Source of the DNA: Gammaproteobacteria bacterium
GTDB lineage: Bacteria; Pseudomonadota; Gammaproteobacteria; Eutrophobiales; Eutrophobiaceae
Assembly (NCBI GenBank): GCA_965222155.1
Contig: CBDCTH010000012.1
Span: 192,001-256,000 of the forward strand
Direction of reading: 5' to 3'
DNA length: 64,000 nucleotides
The position numbers and the translations under genes are program-made. Shown here one piece after another: positions 1 through 9,543 of the stretch; position 1 is the first letter of the stretch, and each line of letters starts with the position of its first letter. The notes under the pieces were generated by a model. That model ran no database searches. It was given only the letters and a program-made list of their open reading frames with translations, and was not told the origin of the DNA.

Positions 1-896
1 CTCACTACACAGCGTACGGGATTGTCGGCGTCGTTCGGCTTAAGTGGTTCGCTGTAGAACTCCATCATCATGCCGCCGAGCAAGTTGAAGGTGGTACAGC
101 CGTAGTGCCTGGTAATATCCCACAGGCGTGACTTGGTGAACTTGCGGCTGAATACGGCGCGTATGCCAAGCTTGAGCGCTGCCGCCAGTGTCAGCACCTG
201 GGCACTACCGTGTGTCAAAGACAGTCCGGTATAGAGGCAATCGTCGGGTCGGTAACCCAACAGTCCGTGCCAGCTGGCAGCCGTTCCAAACCGTACGTGC
301 GGGAAAACGACTCCTTTGGGATCGCCGGTGGTGCCCGAGGTGTAGATTATCTGCATGATGTCGAGCGGATCCGATACCTGAATCTCCAGGTCCGGCACGT
401 CGCCGCTCAATACCGCTTCCAGAGCCGACACGCCGGAAAATTTGCCCGATGGTTTACCCGCTGCCTGATCGGTAGTGATCGCATTGACCCAGTTAAGGTC
501 CGGTAAGCGCTCGCGCACGGCCTCGAGATTTTCCAGGATGTAGTCGGCGCATACGACGCCGCGGCACTCGGAATGCGACAGCATGTAGGCGAGCTTATCT
601 CCCTTGGTGCGGGGATCGATGGGCACGAATACGGTACCGGTAATGGATGCGGCCACCATGGCCTCGACAAATTCCGGATGGTTCTGCATGACGATTGCGA
701 AGCGATCGCCTTTTTGCATGCCCTGATCCAGCAGCGCGCCGGCAATGCGGCGGCCGTTGTCCCACAGTGCGGCATAAGTGCGCACTTCATCTTCACGCAC
801 CCCGCCGCCCTCGAAGGTCAACACATCGAGGGCGGGGGCGGATTCGGCACGGTTGGCGATCAGGTTCGCCAGGATCAACTCATCTCTGTCCGGCAT
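1..896 (-). CDS. AMP-binding acyl-CoA synthetase (CaiC-like), runs off the left window edge
   Basis: Manual translation from ATG at 896: MPDRDELILANLIANRAESAPALDVLTFEGGG...; in-frame IMQIIYTSGTTGDPKGV AMP-binding motif at ~310-359. Not in the ORF track because there is no stop inside the window. Confidence 0.88.
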   Translation of the reverse strand, partial: MPDRDELILANLIANRAESAPALDVLTFEGGGVREDEVRTYAALWDNGRRIAGALLDQGMQKGDRFAIVMQNHPEFVEAMVAASITGTVFVPIDPRTKGDKLAYMLSHSECRGVVCADYILENLEAVRERLPDLNWVNAITTDQAAGKPSGKFSGVSALEAVLSGDVPDLEIQVSDPLDIMQIIYTSGTTGDPKGVVFPHVRFGTAASWHGLLGYRPDDCLYTGLSLTHGSAQVLTLAAALKLGIRAVFSRKFTKSRLWDITRHYGCTTFNLLGGMMMEFYSEPLKPNDADNPVRCVV

Positions 897-905
897 GACG
901 ATGTA

Positions 906-1148
906 CTAGATGAGTTTGTCGTCAATCAGGTAGGTGCCACCCTTGATCGCGAGTAGCTCGTTACAGCTGTCCTCGATCATTGACGCACGGGCATCGCGCA
1001 GCATTTTCTCGATCCGTGCGACCTCACTCAGCGGCGGCTGGGCGCCGAGCATATCGAGCTTGACCTTGGGGCTACTGGGCCAGCCGTAGATGGGGGAGAT
1101 CTCCTCTCTGTTCAGTTCTGCTGCTGCTTCTGCTTCTGGTATTGCCAT
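906..1148 (-). pseudogene. Acyl-CoA dehydrogenase remnant, apparently internally deleted
   Basis: 80-aa ORF ending IEKMLRDARASMIEDSCNELLAIKGG, a typical ACAD C-terminal helix; far too short for a full enzyme. Confidence 0.6.
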
Positions 1149-1180
1149 GACCGTTCACATCTAAGTGTCCTTATCACCAT

Positions 1181-1234
1181 ATGTGGTTCGCCCCGGTATT
1201 GCAAGCACAATGTTCGCATTGACAAAGTGCATCC
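1181..1234. mobile_element. Possible IS110/IS1111-family end remnant
   Basis: ATGTGGTTCGCCCCGGTATTGCAAGC resembles IS1111-type subterminal ends as I recall them; no transposase adjacent. Confidence 0.3.
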
Positions 1235-1322
1235 AATTCCGGGGACACGATACTTAATTCACACCAATTCCGGGGACACGATACTTAATTCACGTAATTA
1301 AGTATCGTGTCCCCAAAATTCC
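1233..1322. repeat. 30-bp direct repeat x2 plus an inverted copy (GGGGACAC...GTGTCCCC, REP-like)
   Basis: CCAATTCCGGGGACACGATACTTAATTCAC at 1233-1262 and 1264-1293; inverted AATTAAGTATCGTGTCCCC at 1296-1314. Confidence 0.9.
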
Positions 1323-2161
1323 CACAGACAAGCCAGGCCGCTACCTTGCAGGTATCGAATGTGATGGCGCTATGTACCATAGCTCTGCCTTTGCACGTGA
1401 GCGCGACAAAATCCGACAGTCAGTGCTGGAAAACCTTGGCTGGACGATTTTTCGAATCTGGTCAACAGACTGGTGGACGAATAAGGAGGGTGCGCTTAAG
1501 AAAATAAACGATGCTCTCCATCAATGCCTTAATGAAGCGCGAAGTAAAGAGGTCGAGCAGCAGTATGTCGATGATCCTGGTGGAGACTACACCTACCAAC
1601 AGCTATCACGCTCCGTATTCCGGATTTGAAGGCCAAGCAGGTCCAGATCCACGGAACGCAACCATTGCCCAAGTGACAGAAGGGCTGTGTAGAATAATTC
1701 AGGAAGAAGGGCCGATACTTGCCAAAAGAGCGTACGATACATATCTACGCGGATGCGGTATCCGCAGGATGGGCGGCGAACTGAAACGCATGATGAATAA
1801 AGCGCTAAGTGAGACTATACGGAAAGGTCTTATAGTTAAGCAAGATGAATGGGGTAAAGGTGGCTTAATTTACTCTATAGTTCGTTTGCCTGATACACCG
1901 CCTGTTGTTGTCAGGGAACGAGGTTCCCGCAGTTTTGACGAGATTCCACCAAGTGAACTTCAACTCGTTGCTCGTCAACTGTTCCAAGATCACAATGGTG
2001 AATTAGAACCCGACTCTAAGGCTCATTTGAGGGCTGTACTTGGAGCGTTTGACTTACGCCGGCTTACGACTCCGGTTGGTGCAAAGCTTCTCGACATTTT
2101 GCAACGTGAGTATTCTTATGTGGATGACGTTATAGATCAAAAAGAGACCCAACATCAATAA
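1323..2161 (+). pseudogene. C-terminal remnant of a DUF4011-helicase/Vsr-like nuclease/DUF3320 (Hhe-like) protein; 5'-truncated and frameshifted
   Basis: DKPGRYLAGIECDGAMYHSSAFARERDKIRQSVLENLGWTIFRIWSTDWW (Vsr/DUF559-like) in one frame; continues in the 1511-2161 frame (IIQEEGPILAKRAYDTYLRGCG). Confidence 0.7.
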
Positions 2162-2162
2162 A

Positions 2163-2189
2163 GGAACCTCTGATTAAGTCAGAGTTTCC
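2163..2189. mobile_element. 27-bp minimal IS5-type MITE or footprint
   Basis: GGAACCTCTGA-ttaag-TCAGAGTTTCC (11-bp IR, 1 mismatch), flanked by TAAA on both sides; ends resemble the IS5 end at 5506. Confidence 0.6.
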
Positions 2190-2240
2190 TAAAATCATAC
2201 CTGGGAAATTTTAGCTATAAACTGGGGTTCAGTCTAAGGC

Positions 2241-4496
2241 TTAGAACGTAAATGTCACCTCGCCCCCTATAACACGGCCCTTGGCCAGGGGTGCGTAGGC
2301 GCCCCCCAAGGGGATGGGGCCGAGCCTGGATGGAAGCGGGGTATCGCCACCGTGCTTGACTTCATTCAGCAGGTTCTTGCCGTAGACTGAAAACACCCAG
2401 CGTTCGTCTCCGGAGTGAAAGTCCAGGCCAGCATCGAGGATCTTCTGTGACAGGAGATAGCCCAGGTTATTATCGGTGAAGCTCGATTCATCCCGGTAGG
2501 AGTAACTGACCCGTGAGGCGATACTACCCCAGTCGCCGACCCGCAGATGGTGCCTGAGGCCCAGGCTCCAGGTCCACTCCGCGGCGCGGGGCAGGCCCAG
2601 GTCCTTGTCCCGGCCGTCAATCACACCGTCGCTGTTGAGATCGAATCTTACTTTCCTGTACTCAGCATCCAGCCAGCCTGCTGAAGCGGTAGCCTGGAGA
2701 GCCTCCGATAGGCTGAAGGCGCCGTCCAGTTCAATGCCGAGAATCTCAGCGTCCGCGGTATTCTTGATGACCTGTACCACACCGGAGATGGGATCGGCCA
2801 GGTTGACTTCCCGCTGCATGTCTTCGATATCGTTGAAAAACAGCGCGCCGTTCAGGTAGCCTTGCCCGAAACTGAGCTTGAAGCCGATTTCATAGTTGTC
2901 AACGGTTTCCTCGTCAAACGGCCCCGGTCCGAGGTTAACGGTATCCAGGGCAGTGTTACGCAGGTTGTAGCCCCCGGACCGGAAGCCTCGAGTCCAGTGC
3001 GCGTAGAGGCGCGCCGTATCTGAGAAGTGGTAAGTCATACCCACCTTGGGCGACCAGTTGTTCCAATCTTCACTGTCAGTGAAATCGAATTGGCAGGTAC
3101 CGTCCAGCACGTTACAGGGTGAGTTTATGTTCCTGATCAGGGAAGCTATGCCGGCCTCTTTCTGTTCCGATGTGTAGCGCAATCCGGCGCTGAGCGTTAT
3201 GGACTCGCTGAGGTCATAGTCCACGGCCGCGAACACCCCGATAGTTTCCACCTCGTATTCGCCGCCGCCATCCTGGGTCAGCGCCGGTGAACCGTCCGGG
3301 GTCAACAGCCCCAGCAGGTCGCGCCGCTCATGGTAATCAATGTCGTTGTTGAAATAGTAAATCCCCGTGGTCAGGTTGAAGCGCCCGGCGAATACCCCGT
3401 GATAGCGCAGTTCATTGCTCACCTGCTCGGCCTCGGTGTACCCGCCTCCGTAGAACAGGCTGACGGGTTGGGCATCGATATCGCTCAGAAACGCCGATTC
3501 ACTGTTTCGATAGCCGAAAATGTTGGTTATGACGCCATTTTCGCCTATTTTCAAGCGCATCTCTGCAGTAACAAAATGGGTTTTCTCATTCTGCATGCCT
3601 TCCTCATTGATGGAAAAGTCATGACTGTCACGGTCAAAGTTTGCCGGTGTCCCGTTTATCCCGAGGCCATTGGTATGTGCCTGCGAAGCGGAACCGTCAC
3701 CTTCGTTTTCGAGGTATTGATAGCGCACAACCAGTTCCAGATTTTCACCGGGTTTCCAGACCACTACGGGGCGAATCATGATCTGTTCCAGTGCGCCGAA
3801 GTCATCACCGGAAAATTTATTCTCGAACCAGCCGTCATCATCGTTATAGTACCCTGTGACCCCGACGCTCAGCGTGTCACTGACCGGTCCCCCCATACTG
3901 CCCATCAGGTACTTGTTCAGACCGCCGTCGCCGCCACCGTCCAGCGCGGTGCGCACGCGGGCCTTGAACTCGTCACCGGGTTTCCTGGTATTCACCAGGA
4001 TGGCGCCGCCGGTCACGTTACGCCCGAACAGGATGCCCTGGGGGCCGCGCAGGACCTGGATGCTTTCCAGGTCAAACAGGTCGAAAGCGGCACCGCTGTT
4101 CGTCCCCAGATAAACGCCGTCCACAAATACGCCGACGGTGGGGTCGATGGACGGGATGGAACTGTTGACTCCAAGGCCGCGTATGGAAAAGTTGGCTATT
4201 CCCCTGGCGGTGCCCACCTCATCCAGGGCCACGTTGGGCATGCTTACGGCCAGGTCGGTCAGCCCGCGTATTTTTCGTGCCTCGATCTGGCTGGCCCCCA
4301 GCGCGCTGACCGAAAGCGGCACATCGAACACCGTTTCCTCCCGCTTGCGCGCGGTCACCACCACCTCTTCCAGCATGGGGAGCATATCGCTATGTTGCTG
4401 GCTTTCCTGTGCCTGCGCAGCCGGTGCGGCGACAGCGCCGCTCAAAATCATGAACACGGCTGACAGCGTTGGGAGACAACAGTTATGACTGACCAT
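2241..4496 (-). CDS. TonB-dependent outer-membrane receptor
   Basis: 751 aa; signal peptide, LEEVVVTARKREE TonB-box region, VLRGPQGILFGRNVTGGAI plug motif, C-terminal Phe. Confidence 0.95.
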   Translation of the reverse strand: MVSHNCCLPTLSAVFMILSGAVAAPAAQAQESQQHSDMLPMLEEVVVTARKREETVFDVPLSVSALGASQIEARKIRGLTDLAVSMPNVALDEVGTARGIANFSIRGLGVNSSIPSIDPTVGVFVDGVYLGTNSGAAFDLFDLESIQVLRGPQGILFGRNVTGGAILVNTRKPGDEFKARVRTALDGGGDGGLNKYLMGSMGGPVSDTLSVGVTGYYNDDDGWFENKFSGDDFGALEQIMIRPVVVWKPGENLELVVRYQYLENEGDGSASQAHTNGLGINGTPANFDRDSHDFSINEEGMQNEKTHFVTAEMRLKIGENGVITNIFGYRNSESAFLSDIDAQPVSLFYGGGYTEAEQVSNELRYHGVFAGRFNLTTGIYYFNNDIDYHERRDLLGLLTPDGSPALTQDGGGEYEVETIGVFAAVDYDLSESITLSAGLRYTSEQKEAGIASLIRNINSPCNVLDGTCQFDFTDSEDWNNWSPKVGMTYHFSDTARLYAHWTRGFRSGGYNLRNTALDTVNLGPGPFDEETVDNYEIGFKLSFGQGYLNGALFFNDIEDMQREVNLADPISGVVQVIKNTADAEILGIELDGAFSLSEALQATASAGWLDAEYRKVRFDLNSDGVIDGRDKDLGLPRAAEWTWSLGLRHHLRVGDWGSIASRVSYSYRDESSFTDNNLGYLLSQKILDAGLDFHSGDERWVFSVYGKNLLNEVKHGGDTPLPSRLGPIPLGGAYAPLAKGRVIGGEVTFTF

Positions 4497-4619
4497 CTCA
4501 TCTACCCTCCTCCACTACCTGGGGAAATCGGTACAAATAATAGTTATAGGTCATACCTTCAACATACGTTATAGGCTACCCGATGAAACACATGCCAACA
4601 TTATATTACTTTCCTGGAT

Positions 4620-5506
4620 GGCTTACAGGTTATTTGTTGACAACACCCATGATATAATATCTGTGCCTGATTTCAATACTCACGTTGGTATGGAGACGCC
4701 ATGAAGACACAAGATCTGTTCGGTTCCTTCTTTGACCCCCAAGACAAATGGTTGGCTAAACTGGGCGATCCGTTGCAGCGCAACACGCGGGCGGAGAATG
4801 CGTTGATTAAGGGGGGTGAGACAGCGACGGACTGGCGTGAGGTGAAGCAGCGCCAGAAGGATACGCAGGCGCGTTGGACGAAGCAGCACGGCAAAGCGTA
4901 TTTTGGCTATAAGAATCACGTGAATGTGGACCGGGCGCACAAGCTGATACGGACCTATGAGGTGACGGCGGCGAATGTGCATGACTCGCAGAAGTTGGAT
5001 GCGTTACTGGATGCAGGTAACAGCAGCAAGGCCGTGTGGGCGGACAGCGCCTGGCGTTCGGCAGAGCAGGCGGGACGCTTACGGGATAAGAGGTATCGCA
5101 GTCACATCCAGCGCAAGGGGACGCGCACCCGGCCGTTGACGGCCCGGGAGAAACAAGGCAATCGCACCCGGGCGAAGGTGCGGGCTCGGGTGGAGCATGT
5201 ATTTGGCGCGCAGTGCATGTTACGGGCGAAGGCGCTACGTTGTATCGGGCCGGCGCGCAGTGAGTTAGCCATTGGGATGATGAATCTGGTGTACAACATG
5301 CGGCGCTTGTGTTGTCTGCAAGGGGTCCATGCACCGGCCTGACGGAGACAACGCCTGACCGGTGTCAAACCGACACCTGAAGGCCGCAAACAGGCCCCAT
5401 TAACGGGTGGATGAAGGCGCATTCGGCAGCCCATTGCATATATTTGGAACCCGCTGGCCTTCTCATACAGTACAGCATCTGGAAACGTCAATTAATAGAG
5501 GTTCCC
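4620..5506 (+). mobile_element. Defective IS5-family element
   Basis: Transposase remnant plus right IR GTCAATTAATAGAGGTTCCC ending at 5506. No matching left IR found, so the left boundary is approximate. Confidence 0.7.
4701..5342 (+). pseudogene. IS5-family transposase with an internal deletion
   Basis: FFD..LAKLGDPL N-terminus joined directly to QRNTRAEN...DTQARWTK..FGYKNHV..ADSA..RARVEHVFG. The DUF772-like region and first catalytic Asp segment appear to be missing. Confidence 0.8.
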
Positions 5507-5543
5507 TCTACAATGTGTTCTTTCCAGGAAAATACCATTAATC

Positions 5544-7103
5544 ATGCACAATAACCGGAACCTGTTTTCATATTGCCTGCAAGGTAAGGAGAATAATCAC
5601 GACAAAGTCGCTGTTTATGCCGGGGACAAGACTCACAGCTATGCTGACCTGGCAAAGGCTTCCGCGTGCTATGCCAATACACTGATGGATCTGGGTGTCA
5701 GGCCGGGCGACAGGCTCTGCGCCTGTATCGATAAATCAATCGACAATATATTTCTGTACCTGGCTTGCCTGCGGGCGGGGATTGTCTATCAGCCGTTAAA
5801 TCCTGCATTTCGACCTGCCGAGGTTGATTATTACCTGGCAGATGCGAGTCCGGCTATGGTGGTCTGCTCAACGCTGAATGAAGACTGGGTAAGGGCTGCG
5901 GCAAAGCGTGCCGATATCGAACGGGTGCTGACCCTTGATCGGGACGGGACCGGTACCCTGGCTGCCGGCGCCAACAGAGCGGCAAGTGATTTTTCGACCT
6001 GGCGCTGCAATGGTCCCGAGCTTGCCTGCCTGCTGTATTCTTCCGGCACCACGGGGAAACCCAAGGGCATAAAACTCAGTCACGATAATCTCGCTGCCAA
6101 CGTCAGAACACTGGTTGACCTGTGGGGTTTCACAACCACTGACGTGTTGATACATGCCTTACCCCTGTTCCACGTTCACGGCTTGTTCGTTGCATTGGGT
6201 TGTGTCCTTACCGCAGGCGCCTCTCTCCACCTGCTGGATAAATTCGACGCAGGGGAAATAATCGGCCTGTTGCCCGAGGCTACGGTGTTGATGGGAGTCC
6301 CCACCTTTTACACTCGCTTACTGCAATGCCCCGGATTAACCGCAGGCGCGTGCAGTTCCATGCGTCTGTTCATCTGCGGCTCAGCGCCGCTGCACGAGAA
6401 TACGTTTAATCAATTCAGACAACAAACAGGTCATGCCATCCTCGAACGTTATGGCACGTCGGAGACCGGCATGAGTACCTCGAACCCGTTCAATGGGGAA
6501 CGCAAGGCCGGCGCGGTCGGCAAACCCCTGCCTGATGTCCTGGTCAAAATAGTTGATGATGACGGTAATCAGGTAGCGGAAGATGGTATCGGTGAGATAT
6601 TGGTGAAAGGCCCCAATGTTTTCTCCGGTTACTGGAACCTGGATAGCGCAAACAAGAGCGCTTTCACCGCTGACGGTTATTACCGTACCGGGGACCTGGC
6701 AAAACGGGGCGTCGATGGATATATCCGCATAGTCGGTCGCGCCAAAGACATGATTATCAGCGGTGGCGAGAATATCTATCCGAAAGAGATTGAGCAATGC
6801 CTGGACCGCATCGAAGGTGTCAGTGAGTCGGCCGTCGTCGGTCTTGATGATGCGGACCTGGGTGAAAGAGTGGTCGCCGTTCTGGTGACGAACCCGGATT
6901 GCCGGTTGGATGAAGCAGGAATTATTGCCGGGCTGAAAACGCAACTGGCCGGGTTCAAGGTTCCCAAACAAATTTGTTTGGTGGACGAACTGCCGCGTAA
7001 TACAATGGGCAAAGTACAAAAGAATAAGTTGAGGGAAACTCTGACCGAGTGCATTCCCGTATCAGGTACGGGACGGGTTCGGTACTTGTCAGAGGTTCCT
7101 TAA
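5544..7103 (+). CDS. Malonyl-CoA synthetase (MatB)-like acyl-CoA ligase
   Basis: YSSGTTGKPKG, HALPLFHVHGLFVA, ERYGTSETGMSTSNP and LPRNTMGKVQKN motifs. Confidence 0.85.
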   Translation: MHNNRNLFSYCLQGKENNHDKVAVYAGDKTHSYADLAKASACYANTLMDLGVRPGDRLCACIDKSIDNIFLYLACLRAGIVYQPLNPAFRPAEVDYYLADASPAMVVCSTLNEDWVRAAAKRADIERVLTLDRDGTGTLAAGANRAASDFSTWRCNGPELACLLYSSGTTGKPKGIKLSHDNLAANVRTLVDLWGFTTTDVLIHALPLFHVHGLFVALGCVLTAGASLHLLDKFDAGEIIGLLPEATVLMGVPTFYTRLLQCPGLTAGACSSMRLFICGSAPLHENTFNQFRQQTGHAILERYGTSETGMSTSNPFNGERKAGAVGKPLPDVLVKIVDDDGNQVAEDGIGEILVKGPNVFSGYWNLDSANKSAFTADGYYRTGDLAKRGVDGYIRIVGRAKDMIISGGENIYPKEIEQCLDRIEGVSESAVVGLDDADLGERVVAVLVTNPDCRLDEAGIIAGLKTQLAGFKVPKQICLVDELPRNTMGKVQKNKLRETLTECIPVSGTGRVRYLSEVP

Positions 7104-7116
7104 GGGATACCTGGAA

Positions 7117-7280
7117 CAGGTGCTCCCGCTAACTCGAGGTCAATACAGGGCAAGGGTGGACAGATTTAAATCTGTCCCCAAGGGGTCTCCCCAAGGGGGC
7201 ATGTTTCCCTGGAAGGGAGGGCGTCTCGTCCTCCATGAGGGCAGGATGCCCTCGATCCCGGGAGTTAGCGGGAATTGCTG
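7117..7280 (-). mobile_element. MITE family A
   Basis: Ends CAGGTGCTCCCGCTAA / TTAGCGGGAATTGCTG; flanks TACCTGGAA / TACCTGGAG (9-bp TSD, 1 mismatch); homologous to the array spacers. Confidence 0.85.
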
Positions 7281-7324
7281 TACCTGGAGCAGTACCACAA
7301 AAACGAGCAGGAGTAATACCGGCT

Positions 7325-7648
7325 TTGAAATTAAAGGAGCAACTCAGGCGATTATCCGCGTCAGAAAAATACCGCGCGCATGCCAATAAGCACAGGCGGG
7401 TAATCTACCTGTTAACGGGAGTCGCTGTTTTTCAATACAGTCTTTATTTCCTTGTCATAGCCTGGGCGACAGGACTGGCGGGGACGCTCTGGCCGACCGG
7501 CAGCGCCGTCAGCGTGATCATCTGGCTGACTGTACTCATTATTTTGCTGAGCGTCGTCATTTCGTGGGGGTATATATGGTGGACCGGCCGTTACCATGAC
7601 CCGGAGAGAGAGGCGATTATGAGGGAACTGGGGCTCCGACATGAATAG
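7325..7648 (+). CDS. DUF485/YjcH-like small membrane partner of ActP
   Basis: Two hydrophobic segments; overlaps the permease start (ATGA). The ORF-track start at 7235 lies inside MITE A, so TTG at 7325 is preferred; the start is uncertain. Confidence 0.7.
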   Translation: MKLKEQLRRLSASEKYRAHANKHRRVIYLLTGVAVFQYSLYFLVIAWATGLAGTLWPTGSAVSVIIWLTVLIILLSVVISWGYIWWTGRYHDPEREAIMRELGLRHE

Positions 7649-9299
7649 ATTATTCCCCTTGTGTTTGTTCATTCTGTCGTTTTATCCGATTTTTGCTTGT
7701 GCCGGCACGCCAACCGACACCGGCGCCGAACAACCTGTGAACGTGACGGCGATCATCACGTTTGTCCTGTTTGTTCTGAGTACCTTGTTGATTACCTGGT
7801 GGGCAGCCCGGCACACCCATTCCCGCAAAGAGTTTTATGTAGCCGGCGGCGGTATTCCCGCGTGGCAGAACGGGATTGCCATTTCCGGCGACTTTATGTC
7901 GGCGGCGACTTTCCTGGGATTGACAAGTCTGTTGTTTTTTGCCGGCACGGACGGGTTGATGCTGGCAGTCGGCGCGGTCGCCAGTTGGCCGGTCATTTTA
8001 TTCCTGGTCGCCGAGCGGCTGCGTAATCTCGGTCGTTATACGTTTATCGACGTCATCTCTTTTCGTCTTGATCAGCGCCCGATCACACAGGTTGCCGCCC
8101 TGGGTTCTCTGGCCACCGTGATCTTTTATCTTATCTCGCAACTCGTGGGCGCGGGAAAACTGATCCAGCTGTTATTCGGCCTGGATTATATCTGGGCCGT
8201 GAGCAGTATCAGCGCTCTGATGATCGCCTACGTAACCTTCGGCGGCATGCTTGCCACGACCTGGGTGCAGATCATTAAGGCATTCCTGCTGGTAATCGGT
8301 GGCACGATCATCACCCTGTTAATGTTGCAGTATTACCGGTTTGACCTGAATGCGGTGTTTCACAGCGCCGTCATGACTCATCCGAGGGGCTGGGACCTGG
8401 TTGCGCCGGGTGGCTGGCTGGACGACCCGGTATCGGTGCTCTCCCTGGGGCTGACGGCCCTGCTGGGGTTCATCGGACTGCCGCATATCCTGATGCGTAT
8501 CTTTACCGTGAAGGACGCAAAAACAGCAAGAAAGTCGGCATTTTACGCCATATTAATCATCGGCTACTTCAATCTCCTGATGCTCATCGTCGGTTTCGGC
8601 GCGGTGTCACTCATCATGTTCAATCCGGACTACCTGGATGCTGCCGGCAGTCTGACAGGAGGACTTAACATGGTGGTGTTGCATGCAGCACAATTCCTGG
8701 GCGGCGACATTTTGCTGGGATTTGTCTCTGCCGTTGCTTTTGCCACCATTCTTGCAGTCGTATCAGGGTTGACCATCTCCGCGGCTGCCACCATCGCCCA
8801 TGACCTGTATGCGAAATCGATTAAACGGGGCAGGGCATCGGAAAAATCCGAATTACTGGTCTCCCGCTACGCTGTGATCGGCATAGGTATCCTGGCAATC
8901 CTGTTCGGCATCGCGTTTGAACACCAAAACGTCATCTTCATTACCAATATGGCCCTGGCGGTTGCCGGCAGCGCCAATGCGCCGGTATTATTGCTTTCGA
9001 TGTATTGGCAGGGGTTGACGACCCGGGGCGCCGTCTACGGTTGTCTGGCCGGCCTGGTCTCTTCCGTCTGTCTGATTATCCTGGGGCCGCAGGTATGGGT
9101 GGACGTGATCGGAATGGAAAAACCGCTGTTTCCTTATGTTTACCCGACCATCATCTCGGCTCCCCTGGCGTTTGTTACGGCCTGGTTGTTGTCAGGCCTT
9201 GATAAAAGCGCACGGGCGGATAAGGAAAGAGCGGCATTTGCCGAACAATACATCTGTTCGGAAACCGGTATCGGTACTTCGGAAGCGGCAAGCCATTGA
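7641..9299 (+). CDS. actP: Cation/acetate symporter ActP-family (solute:sodium symporter)
   Basis: QNGIAISGDFMSAATFLG, AERLRNLGRYTF, GLPHILMR, SAVAFATILAVVSGL. Confidence 0.85.
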   Translation: MNRLFPLCLFILSFYPIFACAGTPTDTGAEQPVNVTAIITFVLFVLSTLLITWWAARHTHSRKEFYVAGGGIPAWQNGIAISGDFMSAATFLGLTSLLFFAGTDGLMLAVGAVASWPVILFLVAERLRNLGRYTFIDVISFRLDQRPITQVAALGSLATVIFYLISQLVGAGKLIQLLFGLDYIWAVSSISALMIAYVTFGGMLATTWVQIIKAFLLVIGGTIITLLMLQYYRFDLNAVFHSAVMTHPRGWDLVAPGGWLDDPVSVLSLGLTALLGFIGLPHILMRIFTVKDAKTARKSAFYAILIIGYFNLLMLIVGFGAVSLIMFNPDYLDAAGSLTGGLNMVVLHAAQFLGGDILLGFVSAVAFATILAVVSGLTISAAATIAHDLYAKSIKRGRASEKSELLVSRYAVIGIGILAILFGIAFEHQNVIFITNMALAVAGSANAPVLLLSMYWQGLTTRGAVYGCLAGLVSSVCLIILGPQVWVDVIGMEKPLFPYVYPTIISAPLAFVTAWLLSGLDKSARADKERAAFAEQYICSETGIGTSEAASH

Positions 9300-9543
9300 C
9301 AACAAAACCGTTGAGGTGCTGCAATGATCCCTGTCATGGAAGCATCTTGATGTCCCGTATAGTTTCGTTTATATTGGATTCGTAATCCATAATTAACGAG
9401 AATTAGCGATGTGTGCGATGTATCGGCGAACACTGGCGGGCACAATTAAAAACATAAGCAGCAGCTTTCCTGTTCTTTTGGTAACCGGCCCGCATCGTGT
9501 TTGTGACATAATGACCGGAGGTTAGCTGCCAGGGGATAAGCGT

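Noticed and set aside
3330-4463. 377-aa plus-strand ORF and similar long antisense ORFs (32402, 53038, 54158)
   Set aside because: Antisense shadows of well-supported genes in GC-rich coding DNA.
4637-4660. TTGACA and TATAAT as a consensus sigma70 promoter pair
   Set aside because: They are only 10 bp apart; at most an extended -10 for the IS.
7120-7389. Short ORFs containing DRFKSVP / GRMPS / NSDVFARFRHSG (also near 17.2, 42-44, 57 and 59 kb)
   Set aside because: They are translations of MITE A or B sequence, not genes.
9300-9543. Cobalamin riboswitch or PaaX site upstream of rdhA
   Set aside because: No B12-box or GATACA-N26-TGTATC pattern recognised.
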